This document shows, piece after piece, positions 17,656 through 27,831 of a DNA stretch of 64,000 nt; positions within the stretch are counted from its first letter, which is position 1; each line of letters starts with the position of its first letter. Below the pieces are notes generated by a model. It was not told the origin of the DNA, made no database searches, and was given only the letters and a program-made list of their open reading frames with translations. Source of the DNA: a virus. The position numbers and the translations under genes were made by a program. The stretch spans positions 4,768 through 68,767 of IMG/VR virus record IMGVR_UViG_3300028837_002527; one strand, 5' to 3'.

Positions 17656-18162
17656 ATGGCTCTTAAAGAATATGACCATGAAGATTTAATTGATGAGGTA
17701 AGAACTATTTTAACAAATAATTTAAATACTGAAATAGCAACAATAAATGCTGTAAAAAATGATGCTTTTGTAATATCAAACCCAAAAGCAATTTACTTTG
17801 GTTTAAGACAAATAGACCCAAATGTTGCAGAAGGAAAGTCTATTATAATTGTAACACCTTCAACTATTGAAGGTGTTGATTTTAATCCCGGAGTAACTGA
17901 AGATGAAACGATGATTGATGTAATAGTAGTATTGTGGGAAAATAAGTCAGAGAAAGCTGAAAGAAAAGTATTAAGATATGTAAAAGCAATAAGAAGTGTA
18001 TTAGACAAACATGCTCTTCATATAGAATTATCTCCATATCCTAGTAATGTTAGTGACTCAGTTGTTTCTGGTATAGATTTTACTCCGACAGACTTTGAAG
18101 GAGATTTATATTTTAAATCTGCAAGCATTCACTTAAGAGCAAAGACTAAATTTGGATATTAG
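17656..18162 (+). CDS. tail terminator protein
   Basis: Synteny after neck genes; size and predicted fold pattern. Confidence 0.55.
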   Translation: MALKEYDHEDLIDEVRTILTNNLNTEIATINAVKNDAFVISNPKAIYFGLRQIDPNVAEGKSIIIVTPSTIEGVDFNPGVTEDETMIDVIVVLWENKSEKAERKVLRYVKAIRSVLDKHALHIELSPYPSNVSDSVVSGIDFTPTDFEGDLYFKSASIHLRAKTKFGY

Positions 18163-18175
18163 AAAGGGTTGTAGC

Positions 18176-18203
18176 TTGACAACAATCGCCGCTCTAGTAC
18201 AAT
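18176..18203 (+). promoter_or_regulatory. near-consensus sigma70 promoter inside the structural region
   Basis: TTGACA-16 nt-TACAAT, flanked by GTTGTA/TACAAC inverted arms. Confidence 0.6.
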
Positions 18204-18256
18204 ACACTCTTACAACTTAAATAGTTGAGGGGGACTATGGCGTGAAAGGAGAAAAA

Positions 18257-18523
18257 ATGGATAAGAAAGTGAAAGTAACATTCAAAGCTCCTGGAGAATC
18301 AAAAGCACATTTAAGAGGAGTAACATTAAGGTCAGGCGAAACATTGGAAATGTTAGAAAAAGATGTACCTAATGGATTATTCAATAGCAAATATTATATA
18401 ATTACTGATATGAAGGATAATATAATTACGAAGATTATAGAGAAACCAAAAATAAAAGCAAGGGTTGGTATATCTCGTACTTCAAGTAAGAAAAAGAAGG
18501 TAATAAAAAAGAAAAAGAAATAA
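18257..18523 (+). CDS. hypothetical protein, basic C-terminus
   Basis: RBS AAAGGAG before ATG 18257. Confidence 0.65.
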   Translation: MDKKVKVTFKAPGESKAHLRGVTLRSGETLEMLEKDVPNGLFNSKYYIITDMKDNIITKIIEKPKIKARVGISRTSSKKKKVIKKKKK

Positions 18524-18538
18524 TTTTAAGGTTTTAAA

Positions 18539-20323
18539 ATGGCAGTAACATACTGGGATGTAGGTGACGATAAACCTTATACTACACTAACAGCAGTTAG
18601 AGCAGCTATTCTTGCTGCTACACCAGCTGGTGGTGGTAATCTTGCTGGTATGGGTGAACAGAGAATACGAGTATTTGCTAAAGTAACTACGGGTAATATA
18701 TATATGGAGTTTGTTGACTTTTCAACAAATTTTTTTGGCGAAACAGCAAATGATTTTATTAGCATGTATGCAATGGTTTTACATTATGGCATGTTAAATC
18801 AAGGTATACAGATATTCTATAGTGGAGCCGCTAAAGCTTTTGCTATTCTTCCAGGACCATACAGCAGAATTGTTGGATTTCGAGTTAAATGTATAAATCT
18901 TAATCCTTTTGGTTTAAGTGCTCCTATTTATATACTTAATGTTAATAATGTATTAATTGATGAATGTATTATTCAAGATAGTACACAGACTGCTAGTTCT
19001 GATGTTAAAGGTATTAATATCTTTAATTCACCAAATGTAGAAATTCGCAATTTTATTATTAACAATCTATATGCAAGTAGCGACGTTGTTCATGGCGTAG
19101 TTAGTCAGCAGTCGAATGGAACTGTGATAAGCAATGGAACGATATGGAATCTATCACCCGGGCCACATGCTTATGGTATTTATGCCAATTTAAACTTTGG
19201 AACTTGTATTATTCGTAATGTTTATGCAGGTAATTGTGGCGCTGGAACTGGAGGTCAGGCATTTAAAAAGCACATGGGGACTTTTAACATAGATTATTGT
19301 ACATCAGATGATGGGTCTGCCGCTCTTTATGGTGGAGCACACAATAAAACGAATAAGGCTGGAGCAAACCAATTTGTTTCTATTGTGAGTGGAAGTGAAG
19401 ATTTTAGACCTTTAATTGGTTCGGATATTTGGAGAGCAGCTGAAAGTTTATATGGACAATTTCAAAGTGATGTAGCAGGAAAGAAACGACCAACATGGGG
19501 TCCTTGGACAATTGGAGCATTTAGAGAACAAGAAAAAAACGGACAAATTCAAATATGGGACTGTCTTGACTTAATAGATTCAATGGTAGCACAATCAATA
19601 GAATTTGCTAAAAAATTAGGTACTGGAGTTGAAGCAGCTTCCGCTTCTCTCGGTGCACAAAATAATATTAATAGAATAAAAGCAAATGCTGACTCTGATG
19701 TTCAGTTAGCTTTATTAAAAGCGTTTAAAAAACAGATGGTAAAAGTAACAACTCATCCTAATGCTTTTGAGGGATTTTATACTTCAGCAAAAGCATTAAA
19801 AAATCATCTTGGTAATATTGGACATTATTTAGAAGAAAACTTACAAAGAGCGCCATTTCAATTTAAGACAATGGTTGAGTTATTTGCAATAGAAAAAATA
19901 AAATCAGAAAGTATTTTTTCTCCTGTAATTTCTAATATGGGAGAGATTACGATAGATGATGTAGACCCTCCAGGAGGTGGAGGTGCTACGAGTACGTTTG
20001 TGGATGGAAACGCAATAAATATTCGTCATTACTATGCAAGTAATTTAGTTTTGCATAAAACTACTGCTTCTTCAGGAGTTGGAGACCCATTTACTATTAC
20101 TGTAACACTTACAAAGTGGGACATGACCTCTGAAGATAAAGATGTAGCAGTTGATGGACTTCATATAATTAATTTAGAATATGATATTGGTACACATGGA
20201 ACAGATATGTATATTGACATTACTGATATGATAATTAAGGTTGGAGCTGAACCTGTTAATGCAAATACAATTAATCAGAAATGGAAAGGAATGTCAGAAC
20301 TTGAGAGAAGTGTTGCCTTATAA
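18539..20323 (+). CDS. chimeric structural protein: N-terminal beta-helix (paralog of 31038..32048) plus C-terminal paralog of 20348..21139
   Basis: Parallel beta-helix pattern; C-terminal FSPV..MGEITID.VDPPGG, YYASNLVL.KT, DIG.HGTDMY shared with next gene. Confidence 0.75.
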   Translation: MAVTYWDVGDDKPYTTLTAVRAAILAATPAGGGNLAGMGEQRIRVFAKVTTGNIYMEFVDFSTNFFGETANDFISMYAMVLHYGMLNQGIQIFYSGAAKAFAILPGPYSRIVGFRVKCINLNPFGLSAPIYILNVNNVLIDECIIQDSTQTASSDVKGINIFNSPNVEIRNFIINNLYASSDVVHGVVSQQSNGTVISNGTIWNLSPGPHAYGIYANLNFGTCIIRNVYAGNCGAGTGGQAFKKHMGTFNIDYCTSDDGSAALYGGAHNKTNKAGANQFVSIVSGSEDFRPLIGSDIWRAAESLYGQFQSDVAGKKRPTWGPWTIGAFREQEKNGQIQIWDCLDLIDSMVAQSIEFAKKLGTGVEAASASLGAQNNINRIKANADSDVQLALLKAFKKQMVKVTTHPNAFEGFYTSAKALKNHLGNIGHYLEENLQRAPFQFKTMVELFAIEKIKSESIFSPVISNMGEITIDDVDPPGGGGATSTFVDGNAINIRHYYASNLVLHKTTASSGVGDPFTITVTLTKWDMTSEDKDVAVDGLHIINLEYDIGTHGTDMYIDITDMIIKVGAEPVNANTINQKWKGMSELERSVAL

Positions 20324-20347
20324 GGATATAGAAATAAGGAGAAAAAC

Positions 20348-21139
20348 ATGGGAACTATTGCAAAGGCGGACTTTATATTATTGGCAGATTCAATTGCAGC
20401 ACAATCCTATGAACTTGACCAGAAATTAGGAACAGGAATTGAAGCAGCTACAGCATCTCTTGGAGCGACAAACAATATTGCTAGGATAGTTGCTTATGCT
20501 GATGCAGAAGTCATTGATGATTTGATTGAAGGATTTAGAAATCAATTAGCTGAATGTTTGTCAATTCCTGTTGCATTTGATAGGTTTGTAACTTCAATGA
20601 GAGCACTTTCCAGACATGTTGGTGGCATGAGTGCTTATTTAGTTGCACAAGATGAAAGGGTTGGCCCTGATTTTAAAGTTGCATGTGAGATGTTAGCAAT
20701 TGAAATATTAACACCAGCAGCAACATTTTCTCCTGTTGTTCCGGCAATGGGAGAGATTACAATAGATGCTGTAGACCCTCCGGGTGGAGCAGGTGCTTCG
20801 TCTACTTTTGTAGATGGCAGTGCAATTGATATTACTCGGTATTATGCAAGTAATTTAGTTCTTGAAAAAACAACTGCAGCTGTTGCAGCTGACGCACTTA
20901 CTCTTACTGTATCGTGCACAAAATGGGATACAACTTCTGAAGATAAAGACGTACCAGTTGATGCAAGTGATGCAATTAATAATGAAGATGATATTGGTGT
21001 ACATGGAACTGATATGTACACTGATATTACTGATATTGTTATTAAAGCTGGTAGCGAACCTACAGTTGCTACTACAATTAATCAGAAGTGGAAGGGTAAA
21101 TCTGAAGTTGAAAGAGTGATTGATACAGCTGACCTTTAA
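20348..21139 (+). CDS. putative structural protein immediately upstream of tail tube
   Basis: Strong RBS AAGGAG; acidic, Ala-rich virion-like composition. Confidence 0.7.
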   Translation: MGTIAKADFILLADSIAAQSYELDQKLGTGIEAATASLGATNNIARIVAYADAEVIDDLIEGFRNQLAECLSIPVAFDRFVTSMRALSRHVGGMSAYLVAQDERVGPDFKVACEMLAIEILTPAATFSPVVPAMGEITIDAVDPPGGAGASSTFVDGSAIDITRYYASNLVLEKTTAAVAADALTLTVSCTKWDTTSEDKDVPVDASDAINNEDDIGVHGTDMYTDITDIVIKAGSEPTVATTINQKWKGKSEVERVIDTADL

Positions 21140-21165
21140 GTAAAAAGTGAAAAAGGAGTAGAAAC

Positions 21166-21672
21166 ATGGCAACTGATATAAGAAACATTTTACATGGTAT
21201 TGTACAAATATTTTTAGATGGAGCTGACATGGGATACACCAGTGATGGTGTTGCAGTTGAAAAGACAATGGATATTTTTGAAAAGGAAGTTGACCAAGAA
21301 TTAGATGCAACGGATATATGTCCCACTAAATTTACTCTTACTGTTAAAACACAACTTGCAGAAGCAACACTTGTAAATCTTAAACGTGTCTGGGAAGAAC
21401 CCGATGCAATAGTAACTAATCCAGGAGTTACTGATACTCTTTATCTTGGAGCGTTCCAAGATTTACCAGAGCATCAATTAATATTTACTGGTAGAAATCG
21501 TTTAGGGTTAGCAAGGACTTATACTTTCTTTCGTGCTAAAAAGATGGAAACATCAGAACACACTCTTCAAAAAGGTGATAAGGTTGTATTCCCCATTACT
21601 TTCCGTTGTCTTATGGAGTTCTCGCAGACACTTGGAAAACGTTATGGTCATGTTGTCGATAGTTTGGTATAA
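21166..21672 (+). CDS. major tail (tube) protein
   Basis: MGYTSDGV, VDQ, TVKTQLAEATLVNL, FPITFRCL; followed by chaperones and TMP. Confidence 0.8.
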   Translation: MATDIRNILHGIVQIFLDGADMGYTSDGVAVEKTMDIFEKEVDQELDATDICPTKFTLTVKTQLAEATLVNLKRVWEEPDAIVTNPGVTDTLYLGAFQDLPEHQLIFTGRNRLGLARTYTFFRAKKMETSEHTLQKGDKVVFPITFRCLMEFSQTLGKRYGHVVDSLV

Positions 21673-21686
21673 ATGAGGAAAATAAA

Positions 21687-22019
21687 ATGAAAGAAGTTAT
21701 TGAAAAGGGGTACTTAAGGGACAGAAAGTATTTGAAAGGTAAAGGACAAAGATTTAAAGGTAATATGTTACCTTTATTAAGTTGGCACAACATTGACTTA
21801 TATAATATGGAATATGAGAAGTTTAAAAATGGAAATGGAAAAAGAATAGAATGTAAAATAACTGTTCCTGTTAAATGCCCAAAATGTAGAAAGTGGAGAA
21901 TGTTGCATATTGAAAGTGTAATAGGTGCTATAGAAAAAAGAGAATTTACAGGATATTGCAATGAATGTCGTGGTAAATATTTGAATTACGGAGATAGAAG
22001 TGGATTTTGGAGAAATTGA
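21687..22019 (+). CDS. zinc-finger protein, probable truncated homing endonuclease
   Basis: VKCPKCRKWR...FTGYCNEC matches VKCPKCKEKR...FSGYCIKC of 28005..28730; lacks HNH core. Confidence 0.55.
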   Translation: MKEVIEKGYLRDRKYLKGKGQRFKGNMLPLLSWHNIDLYNMEYEKFKNGNGKRIECKITVPVKCPKCRKWRMLHIESVIGAIEKREFTGYCNECRGKYLNYGDRSGFWRN

Positions 22020-22063
22020 AGAAATTATTATCTTTGGCAAATTGTAATGAAGGAAAGGGGTAA

Positions 22064-22573
22064 GTGAAAATGAGTAAAGAAGATAAAAGCAAAAAAAATA
22101 AAAGTGATAGTGTTGCAAAAGAAGTTATTAGTGAAGATGAATTGGGTATGTTGATTGGAAAGACAAAAACTTATTTAATTGGAAAAAAGAAATTTATTGT
22201 AAAACCATTAGTAATAGGAGAATTTTATTCATTATTTCAACATATTGTTGAGGTTGTTAGTATTGTAATTTCAGCAAATCCAGAATTAATGACAGGAGAC
22301 ATTGGAGCAAAGAAAATTTATGAACCTGAAGTAATATTTGGGTTTATAAAATCTTCAGAAAAAGCTTTAGATAAAGTGTATGATATTGTAGCAATGGTAT
22401 TAAAGGCAGATAAGAAGTTTCTTTTAGAAAATCTTAAGATTAGCCTGTTTGTGAGTATTATTGGAGATATTATTGAATTAAATGATATTTCGGAGATTGT
22501 TGCAAATTTTACGAGAATTGGCTCTGGGATAAAAAAGGAATTGAAGAAGATAGCCAAGCCACCTGGAGCATGA
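22064..22573 (+). CDS. tail assembly chaperone (G-like)
   Basis: Between tube and TMP; contains slippery A AAT TTT at 22504-22510. Confidence 0.85.
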   Translation: MKMSKEDKSKKNKSDSVAKEVISEDELGMLIGKTKTYLIGKKKFIVKPLVIGEFYSLFQHIVEVVSIVISANPELMTGDIGAKKIYEPEVIFGFIKSSEKALDKVYDIVAMVLKADKKFLLENLKISLFVSIIGDIIELNDISEIVANFTRIGSGIKKELKKIAKPPGA

Positions 22574-22821
22574 TATTTGAACATTTTGCCAATTACGGAT
22601 GGACTAAAGAATACATTATTAAAAATATGACTTATAAACAAGTTAAGTTATATTTGCAAGCATTTTATAAAAAGAAGGAAATAGAATATAATGCAATGGT
22701 TAAATCTATGGGTTCAGGTGTTTCGCAACCTGAAAGCGCATTTTCAGGTGGAATTAAACCTATGCAAGATTTTGAACTTTTGGATTTTGGATTATCTCAC
22801 GATAAAGGAAATAAAAAATAG
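22510..22821 (+). CDS. tail assembly chaperone frameshift extension (GT-like)
   Basis: -1 frame open from slip site: YENWLWDKKG...MIFEHFANYGWTKEYIIKNMTYKQV. Confidence 0.8.
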   Translation, partial: YENWLWDKKGIEEDSQATWSMIFEHFANYGWTKEYIIKNMTYKQVKLYLQAFYKKKEIEYNAMVKSMGSGVSQPESAFSGGIKPMQDFELLDFGLSHDKGNKK

Positions 22822-22830
22822 GAAAGAGTA

Positions 22831-25800
22831 ATGGCTGATGTAAATCAAAAATTGAATATAGTACTTAGAGTTATAACTAAGTCCTTTTCTGCAGGGTTAA
22901 GTGTAGCGGGTGGTGCACTTGGGACATTTGTTGCTGGAGTTCAATTAGTAGGTAGAGTATTAGGTGGAATAGTTAGAAGGTTAAAGTTAATAGCACTTGC
23001 TGCTTCTGCTTTATTTGTAATGTTAATAAAACAAGCAGCAGACTTTGAATATCAAATGGCATTTGTTTCTACAATGATTAAGGATACTGGGAAATGGATT
23101 GGTAATTTTACTAAGGAAATTAAAAGATTAGCAACTAAAACTGGTGAATCTTTAGAGAGCATATCTAAATCTATGTATGATATTTTGTCTGCTCGAGTAC
23201 CTCCAGAATTTGCAGCAAAAGTTTTAGAGACTACTACTAAAGCGGCAGTTGCTGGTTTTACTGATGCATCAGAAACGGGTAAGTTATTTGTTACTATTAT
23301 GAATGCAATGGGAATTTCGTTTAACCAAGTTGATAAAGTTGCAGATGTATTGTTTAGAACGGTTGAAAAAGGACAGTTAACATTTAGAGAATTACCAGGA
23401 CACATGTCTCGTTCCATGGTTGCTGCAAGAGCTGCAAGAATGCCTTTTGAAGAACTTGCAGCAACTTATGCTTTTTTGACAAGAAATGGATTTAACGCTG
23501 CTCAAGCTGAGACTGCTATTGCTCAAGCACTTACAAAAGTTATGGCTCCAACAGAAGAATCAATTGAAGCAGCAACTCAGTTGGGTGTAAGTATTGGTGA
23601 AACAGAAATTGCAACAAAAGGATTATTAGGAGTAATACAAGAATTAGCAAAAGCAAAGTTAAGTCCTGAAGAAGTACAAAGAATATTTCCTTCCATTCGC
23701 GCTCAGCGAATGATTTCTGCATTGATTAACAATGTTGAAGCATTTACTAAAGATGTTAATGACATGTATAATTCAGCAGGTGCAGCAACACGTGCATTTG
23801 CTAAGGGAATGGATACATTAACTCGTACTTGGATGAGATTTAAACAAGAAATGAAAGTTTTATTTCTTGAGATAATTACTCCAATGATTCCTGCTATAAG
23901 ACAATTATTTGAGAGAGTAAAACAATTAGGAAGTTATTTGAAAGGACTTATATCTGCAGGTTCTGCAGATAAAATAAGAGATGTTGCGTTTTCAGTTGTT
24001 AAGTGGATTGAAGGCGCAATTTTTTGGTTAATAAAATATGTTCCTTATATTTTTGGCAAAATATGGGGGTATTTAAAGTTAACTTATAAAATGATTGGGG
24101 AAATATTAGATTTTGGTCCAATAGGATTATTTGGATTTGCAATACTTTCTTTCTTTAAGAATATTTTTAAAAATTTGTGGAATATGGTTACTACTTTTGT
24201 AACTAATACAGCAAAAGCTATAAGTGTAGGAGCGAAATTAGCTTATTATTATATAAAAGGTCAGTTTGTTGATACTACAGAAGACATAATGAGAGTATTA
24301 AGTGAAGTACCGAAAAGTGCATTTGAGAAATTTAAATTTATTTGGGAGGTTGAATGGCCTAAATCATTTAAAAGAGGTATGGAAAAAGTAGTGGGTGAAT
24401 TTAAAATTCATAGTGATGAATTAGAAAAAGAACTTAAAAATAGAGAAAAGTTTGTAAGAGAAATTAAAGAAAAAGAATTATTACAAGAATTTAAGAAATT
24501 AAAAGAAACTATGGAAGATGCAATAAAAATAAGACATAAGTTTGAAGATGAAGAAATTAGAAAAAAAAGAAAAACCGATGCAATAATTCTTAAAGAGGAA
24601 CTTTTAAAAATAAAGAGATTAAAAGAAATTGGCCAGTTATCTTTAGAAGATGAGGCAAAAAGATTAGGAAGATTATTAAAGTATACAAGAGAAAATACTG
24701 AAAGTAGAATTAAATTAGAAAAAAGATTGTACGAAATAGGAAAGAGATTGAGAAAAGAACGAATGGAAAGAATATTTCAATTTATAGATGGATACACAGA
24801 TTATGAAAAAAGGAGAACACTCGATAGTGAAAGAAATAAAATTTTGGTTAGAATGAAGTATCTTAAAAAGTTTATTGATTATGAAGCAAAAAGTTATGAA
24901 GAAAGAAAGGAAGCATTTGAGAAATTAGTTAAGCTTAGAATTAAACTATATAAACATGAATATGATGAAATGAAAAAAGTACATGATGAACTTATATCTG
25001 ATAGGTGGAAAGCTTTACGAGACCAAGAAAAACAAATTAAAAAAATAATATTTGAATATGGAAATTATGAAAATGTTCGTAAAAATCAAGAACGTGCATT
25101 AACAATAAATTTAAGACAACAAACTTTGGAAAGATGGAAATTTATTCGGAATTTAGTAAGGAAAGATGGAAAAGAGTGGGATTTGGAAGGATTAAGGAAA
25201 TTGAAAGTTGCAGAAAGACATATTAATGAAAGCATAAAATATGATAAATTGTCGAAGAAAGAAAAGGAACAAGCAGAGAAGGATTTAGATAGAATATCGA
25301 GAAAGATTAAGGAAGCTGAGTTTGATGTATTTAAAAATAATGAAGAAAAGAAAAAAGAGATGTTAAAAGAAGGAAGTGATTTTAAAAAACAAATAGATAA
25401 AGAGTTTGAAGAATCAACAGGAAAACAGACAGATAGAGAATTAGAAGAGCATAAAAGTAGACTTGAACACATGAAAGAATTAGAGAAGAAATCTGGAGCT
25501 GCCTTAAAATCTGCTGGTGAAAAAGTAAAAGAATTTGCTGGTAAAATACAAAATGAAATAGTCAACGCAGTAAATGTTGCTATTAAAGCTTTGGATAAAT
25601 TGGAAGGAAAAACAACTTCAACATTAGGAGAATTGTTGAAATTTATGATGGGTGCAGGTGAATTTCCAGCGCCTAAAGCAGGAGGCGGAATTACTGATGA
25701 AGTTAGCAAAATAGGAGGTATTGTTGCTCCTCAAACTAAAATCGGTAACATTAAAGTTCAAGTTGGTCAAATAAGTTCGGAAGTTGATTTTATGAAGATG

Positions 25801-25857
25801 TCTGAAAAAATGTCAGAAAAAGTAGCGGAAGAAGTTTTTACTAAATTTAGACCATAG
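22831..25857 (+). CDS. tail tape measure protein (TP901 family)
   Basis: AADFEYQMAFVST, MYDILSA, ADVLFRTVEKGQLTF.EL core; 1008 aa. Confidence 0.92.
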   Translation: MADVNQKLNIVLRVITKSFSAGLSVAGGALGTFVAGVQLVGRVLGGIVRRLKLIALAASALFVMLIKQAADFEYQMAFVSTMIKDTGKWIGNFTKEIKRLATKTGESLESISKSMYDILSARVPPEFAAKVLETTTKAAVAGFTDASETGKLFVTIMNAMGISFNQVDKVADVLFRTVEKGQLTFRELPGHMSRSMVAARAARMPFEELAATYAFLTRNGFNAAQAETAIAQALTKVMAPTEESIEAATQLGVSIGETEIATKGLLGVIQELAKAKLSPEEVQRIFPSIRAQRMISALINNVEAFTKDVNDMYNSAGAATRAFAKGMDTLTRTWMRFKQEMKVLFLEIITPMIPAIRQLFERVKQLGSYLKGLISAGSADKIRDVAFSVVKWIEGAIFWLIKYVPYIFGKIWGYLKLTYKMIGEILDFGPIGLFGFAILSFFKNIFKNLWNMVTTFVTNTAKAISVGAKLAYYYIKGQFVDTTEDIMRVLSEVPKSAFEKFKFIWEVEWPKSFKRGMEKVVGEFKIHSDELEKELKNREKFVREIKEKELLQEFKKLKETMEDAIKIRHKFEDEEIRKKRKTDAIILKEELLKIKRLKEIGQLSLEDEAKRLGRLLKYTRENTESRIKLEKRLYEIGKRLRKERMERIFQFIDGYTDYEKRRTLDSERNKILVRMKYLKKFIDYEAKSYEERKEAFEKLVKLRIKLYKHEYDEMKKVHDELISDRWKALRDQEKQIKKIIFEYGNYENVRKNQERALTINLRQQTLERWKFIRNLVRKDGKEWDLEGLRKLKVAERHINESIKYDKLSKKEKEQAEKDLDRISRKIKEAEFDVFKNNEEKKKEMLKEGSDFKKQIDKEFEESTGKQTDRELEEHKSRLEHMKELEKKSGAALKSAGEKVKEFAGKIQNEIVNAVNVAIKALDKLEGKTTSTLGELLKFMMGAGEFPAPKAGGGITDEVSKIGGIVAPQTKIGNIKVQVGQISSEVDFMKMSEKMSEKVAEEVFTKFRP

Positions 25858-25863
25858 GATAGA

Positions 25864-27831
25864 TTGATGGGTATACATAGAAGATTTGAAGTAACACCTC
25901 CAGGAGCAGGACAAGAACCTATTCCTTTTCCACCAAAAGTTGGTAAGGTAACAGAAAGCTGTGAAGAAGTATCGACGTGTGATTTAATCGTTAACGTTTC
26001 AGCAGGTGAGGAGTGGAAAGGTGCTGATGGATTTGATTTAAGTTCTTTGGAAATAATAAATTTATTTAGAACTGGTGCGATTATAACACTTCGTACACAT
26101 GAAAGTTGGTACGGAGTGCCATATCCTCCAGATGTGGATGGAGACGAAGAAGCTAAAGTAGAATCAGGTGAGGACTCTCCTGGAACATTAATAGATGATG
26201 AACCTAACAAATTAAGAAGAATGGGAACGTCAGACCAAGAAGAATACTATGGGGAAAAGGATGATGAGTTTATATTTAAAGGTACGGGAGTAGAATTACC
26301 TAAAAAGTTAGTTAAGAGAGAAGAATACGAAATTAAAAAGAAAGTGGAAAAAGTAAATGCAAAAGGTGAAATAAATGTTGATGTTGAAATTCACGCAGAA
26401 AATAAGAAAGAGAATTTGTTAGAGAAAAAAGTAAATAAAAAAGAAGGAGTGTCTCCAATTGAGAATTTAGTACAAGGTATTATTGATAAAGTGAACGAAG
26501 GTGTAGACATTGAGGACCAAATATTAACTCAAATTGATAAAACAGACGTTGTAACTGATGGTGTTGAATGGAACGAGATGTATGCACATGAATGTCTTGA
26601 TATATGTGCCAAACTTGCAGGAGCAAATTGGACTATAACAGATGGAACACTTCATTTTTTTAAACCAGATTCTCGTCCACATCCAGTTTTATGTACAACT
26701 GCTCCTTATGGTTTAACTCCTGAAAGAGCAGGACAATATGATAGAGATAACTTTCAATATACAGGAACTTATTTAGAAGATGGAGCTTTACCCGGTGAAG
26801 GAGAAATAGAACAAAATTCAATAAGAAAAAGTTCAATTGAAATTACTGAAGATGCATCTAATCTAACAAATAAATTTCAGATTGCAAACTCAGGAGAGCC
26901 AACACCTCCTACATGTCCAAGAGAAGAAGTATTTGTTGGTAACGGAAAAACTGACGAGTTTCATCTTTCATATGAACCTACTGGTGATGAAATTGATATA
27001 CAAATTGACGATATTCCAAATGGAGGTTATGTTGACCCTTATTTTGTTAAACAAGATTGGGGTGATAGTAAAGAAATGCAACATGCATTAGGAGACGGTG
27101 ACCCTTATGACTCTCCTGATTTTGATGCAGATACTGATGTTGCTTCTGATTTTGGTGTATATGTTAATAAGAAACAAAAAACAATTAGATTAGTTGATAA
27201 AGATGATGGAACATCAAAAGAATTGTCAAATGGAGGTAAACTTAAAGTAATATATAGTCATAAGGACCCTATTTTTGAAGAAATGCAAGTAGATGCTTCT
27301 GTCGATGAGTGGGGTTCAAGAGAAAGAATGATGGTTATTCCTGATAACAAACATGCAAGTGAAATTAGAGAATTAGCATTGGCAGAACTTCGTGATAATA
27401 GTCAACCTTTATTAAATGTTGATATAGAAGTATATAATGACATTTATCAAGTTGGGGATTATATTCGTATTTATATTCCAGAAGTAGGAATGGACAAAAG
27501 ATTATGTGTTTTCAAAGTAGAAAGAAAGTTTGATGCTGTTAGAAGAAGTAATTATCCAAATGAAGATTTTGGTCAGTCTGTAAGGTTAAGATTAGGAAAT
27601 AAATGTCCAAAGAAATTATCAGATATTCTTTTTTCTATGGACAAAAGAATAAGAGCATTGGAAAGAGCATATAATTTAACAGATTTAAGTATGACAACTG
27701 GATTTTTAGTTCCACTAAAGAACACGAGAATTTATGAAGAAAAAATTAGTGTAAGTGAGAAAGTTTCATTCTTATTAGAACAAGCGGCAAGAGTCGACTT
27801 TGGAAGAGTTGGTATTTCGAGGACAATATAA
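25864..27831 (+). CDS. baseplate hub / minor tail protein
   Basis: Follows TMP; LAGANWTI.DG.LHFF, SVDEWGSRE, VGDYIRI. Confidence 0.65.
   Translation: MMGIHRRFEVTPPGAGQEPIPFPPKVGKVTESCEEVSTCDLIVNVSAGEEWKGADGFDLSSLEIINLFRTGAIITLRTHESWYGVPYPPDVDGDEEAKVESGEDSPGTLIDDEPNKLRRMGTSDQEEYYGEKDDEFIFKGTGVELPKKLVKREEYEIKKKVEKVNAKGEINVDVEIHAENKKENLLEKKVNKKEGVSPIENLVQGIIDKVNEGVDIEDQILTQIDKTDVVTDGVEWNEMYAHECLDICAKLAGANWTITDGTLHFFKPDSRPHPVLCTTAPYGLTPERAGQYDRDNFQYTGTYLEDGALPGEGEIEQNSIRKSSIEITEDASNLTNKFQIANSGEPTPPTCPREEVFVGNGKTDEFHLSYEPTGDEIDIQIDDIPNGGYVDPYFVKQDWGDSKEMQHALGDGDPYDSPDFDADTDVASDFGVYVNKKQKTIRLVDKDDGTSKELSNGGKLKVIYSHKDPIFEEMQVDASVDEWGSRERMMVIPDNKHASEIRELALAELRDNSQPLLNVDIEVYNDIYQVGDYIRIYIPEVGMDKRLCVFKVERKFDAVRRSNYPNEDFGQSVRLRLGNKCPKKLSDILFSMDKRIRALERAYNLTDLSMTTGFLVPLKNTRIYEEKISVSEKVSFLLEQAARVDFGRVGISRTI

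Noticed and set aside
19560-21139. DGR template/variable repeat pair
   Set aside because: Differences between the paralogous segments are not confined to adenines, both copies are full coding domains, and no reverse transcriptase is in the window.
18539-21139. Tail sheath (myovirus) assignment
   Set aside because: No sheath motifs and no baseplate J/wedge genes recognised; the tube, chaperone frameshift and TMP fit a non-contractile tail.
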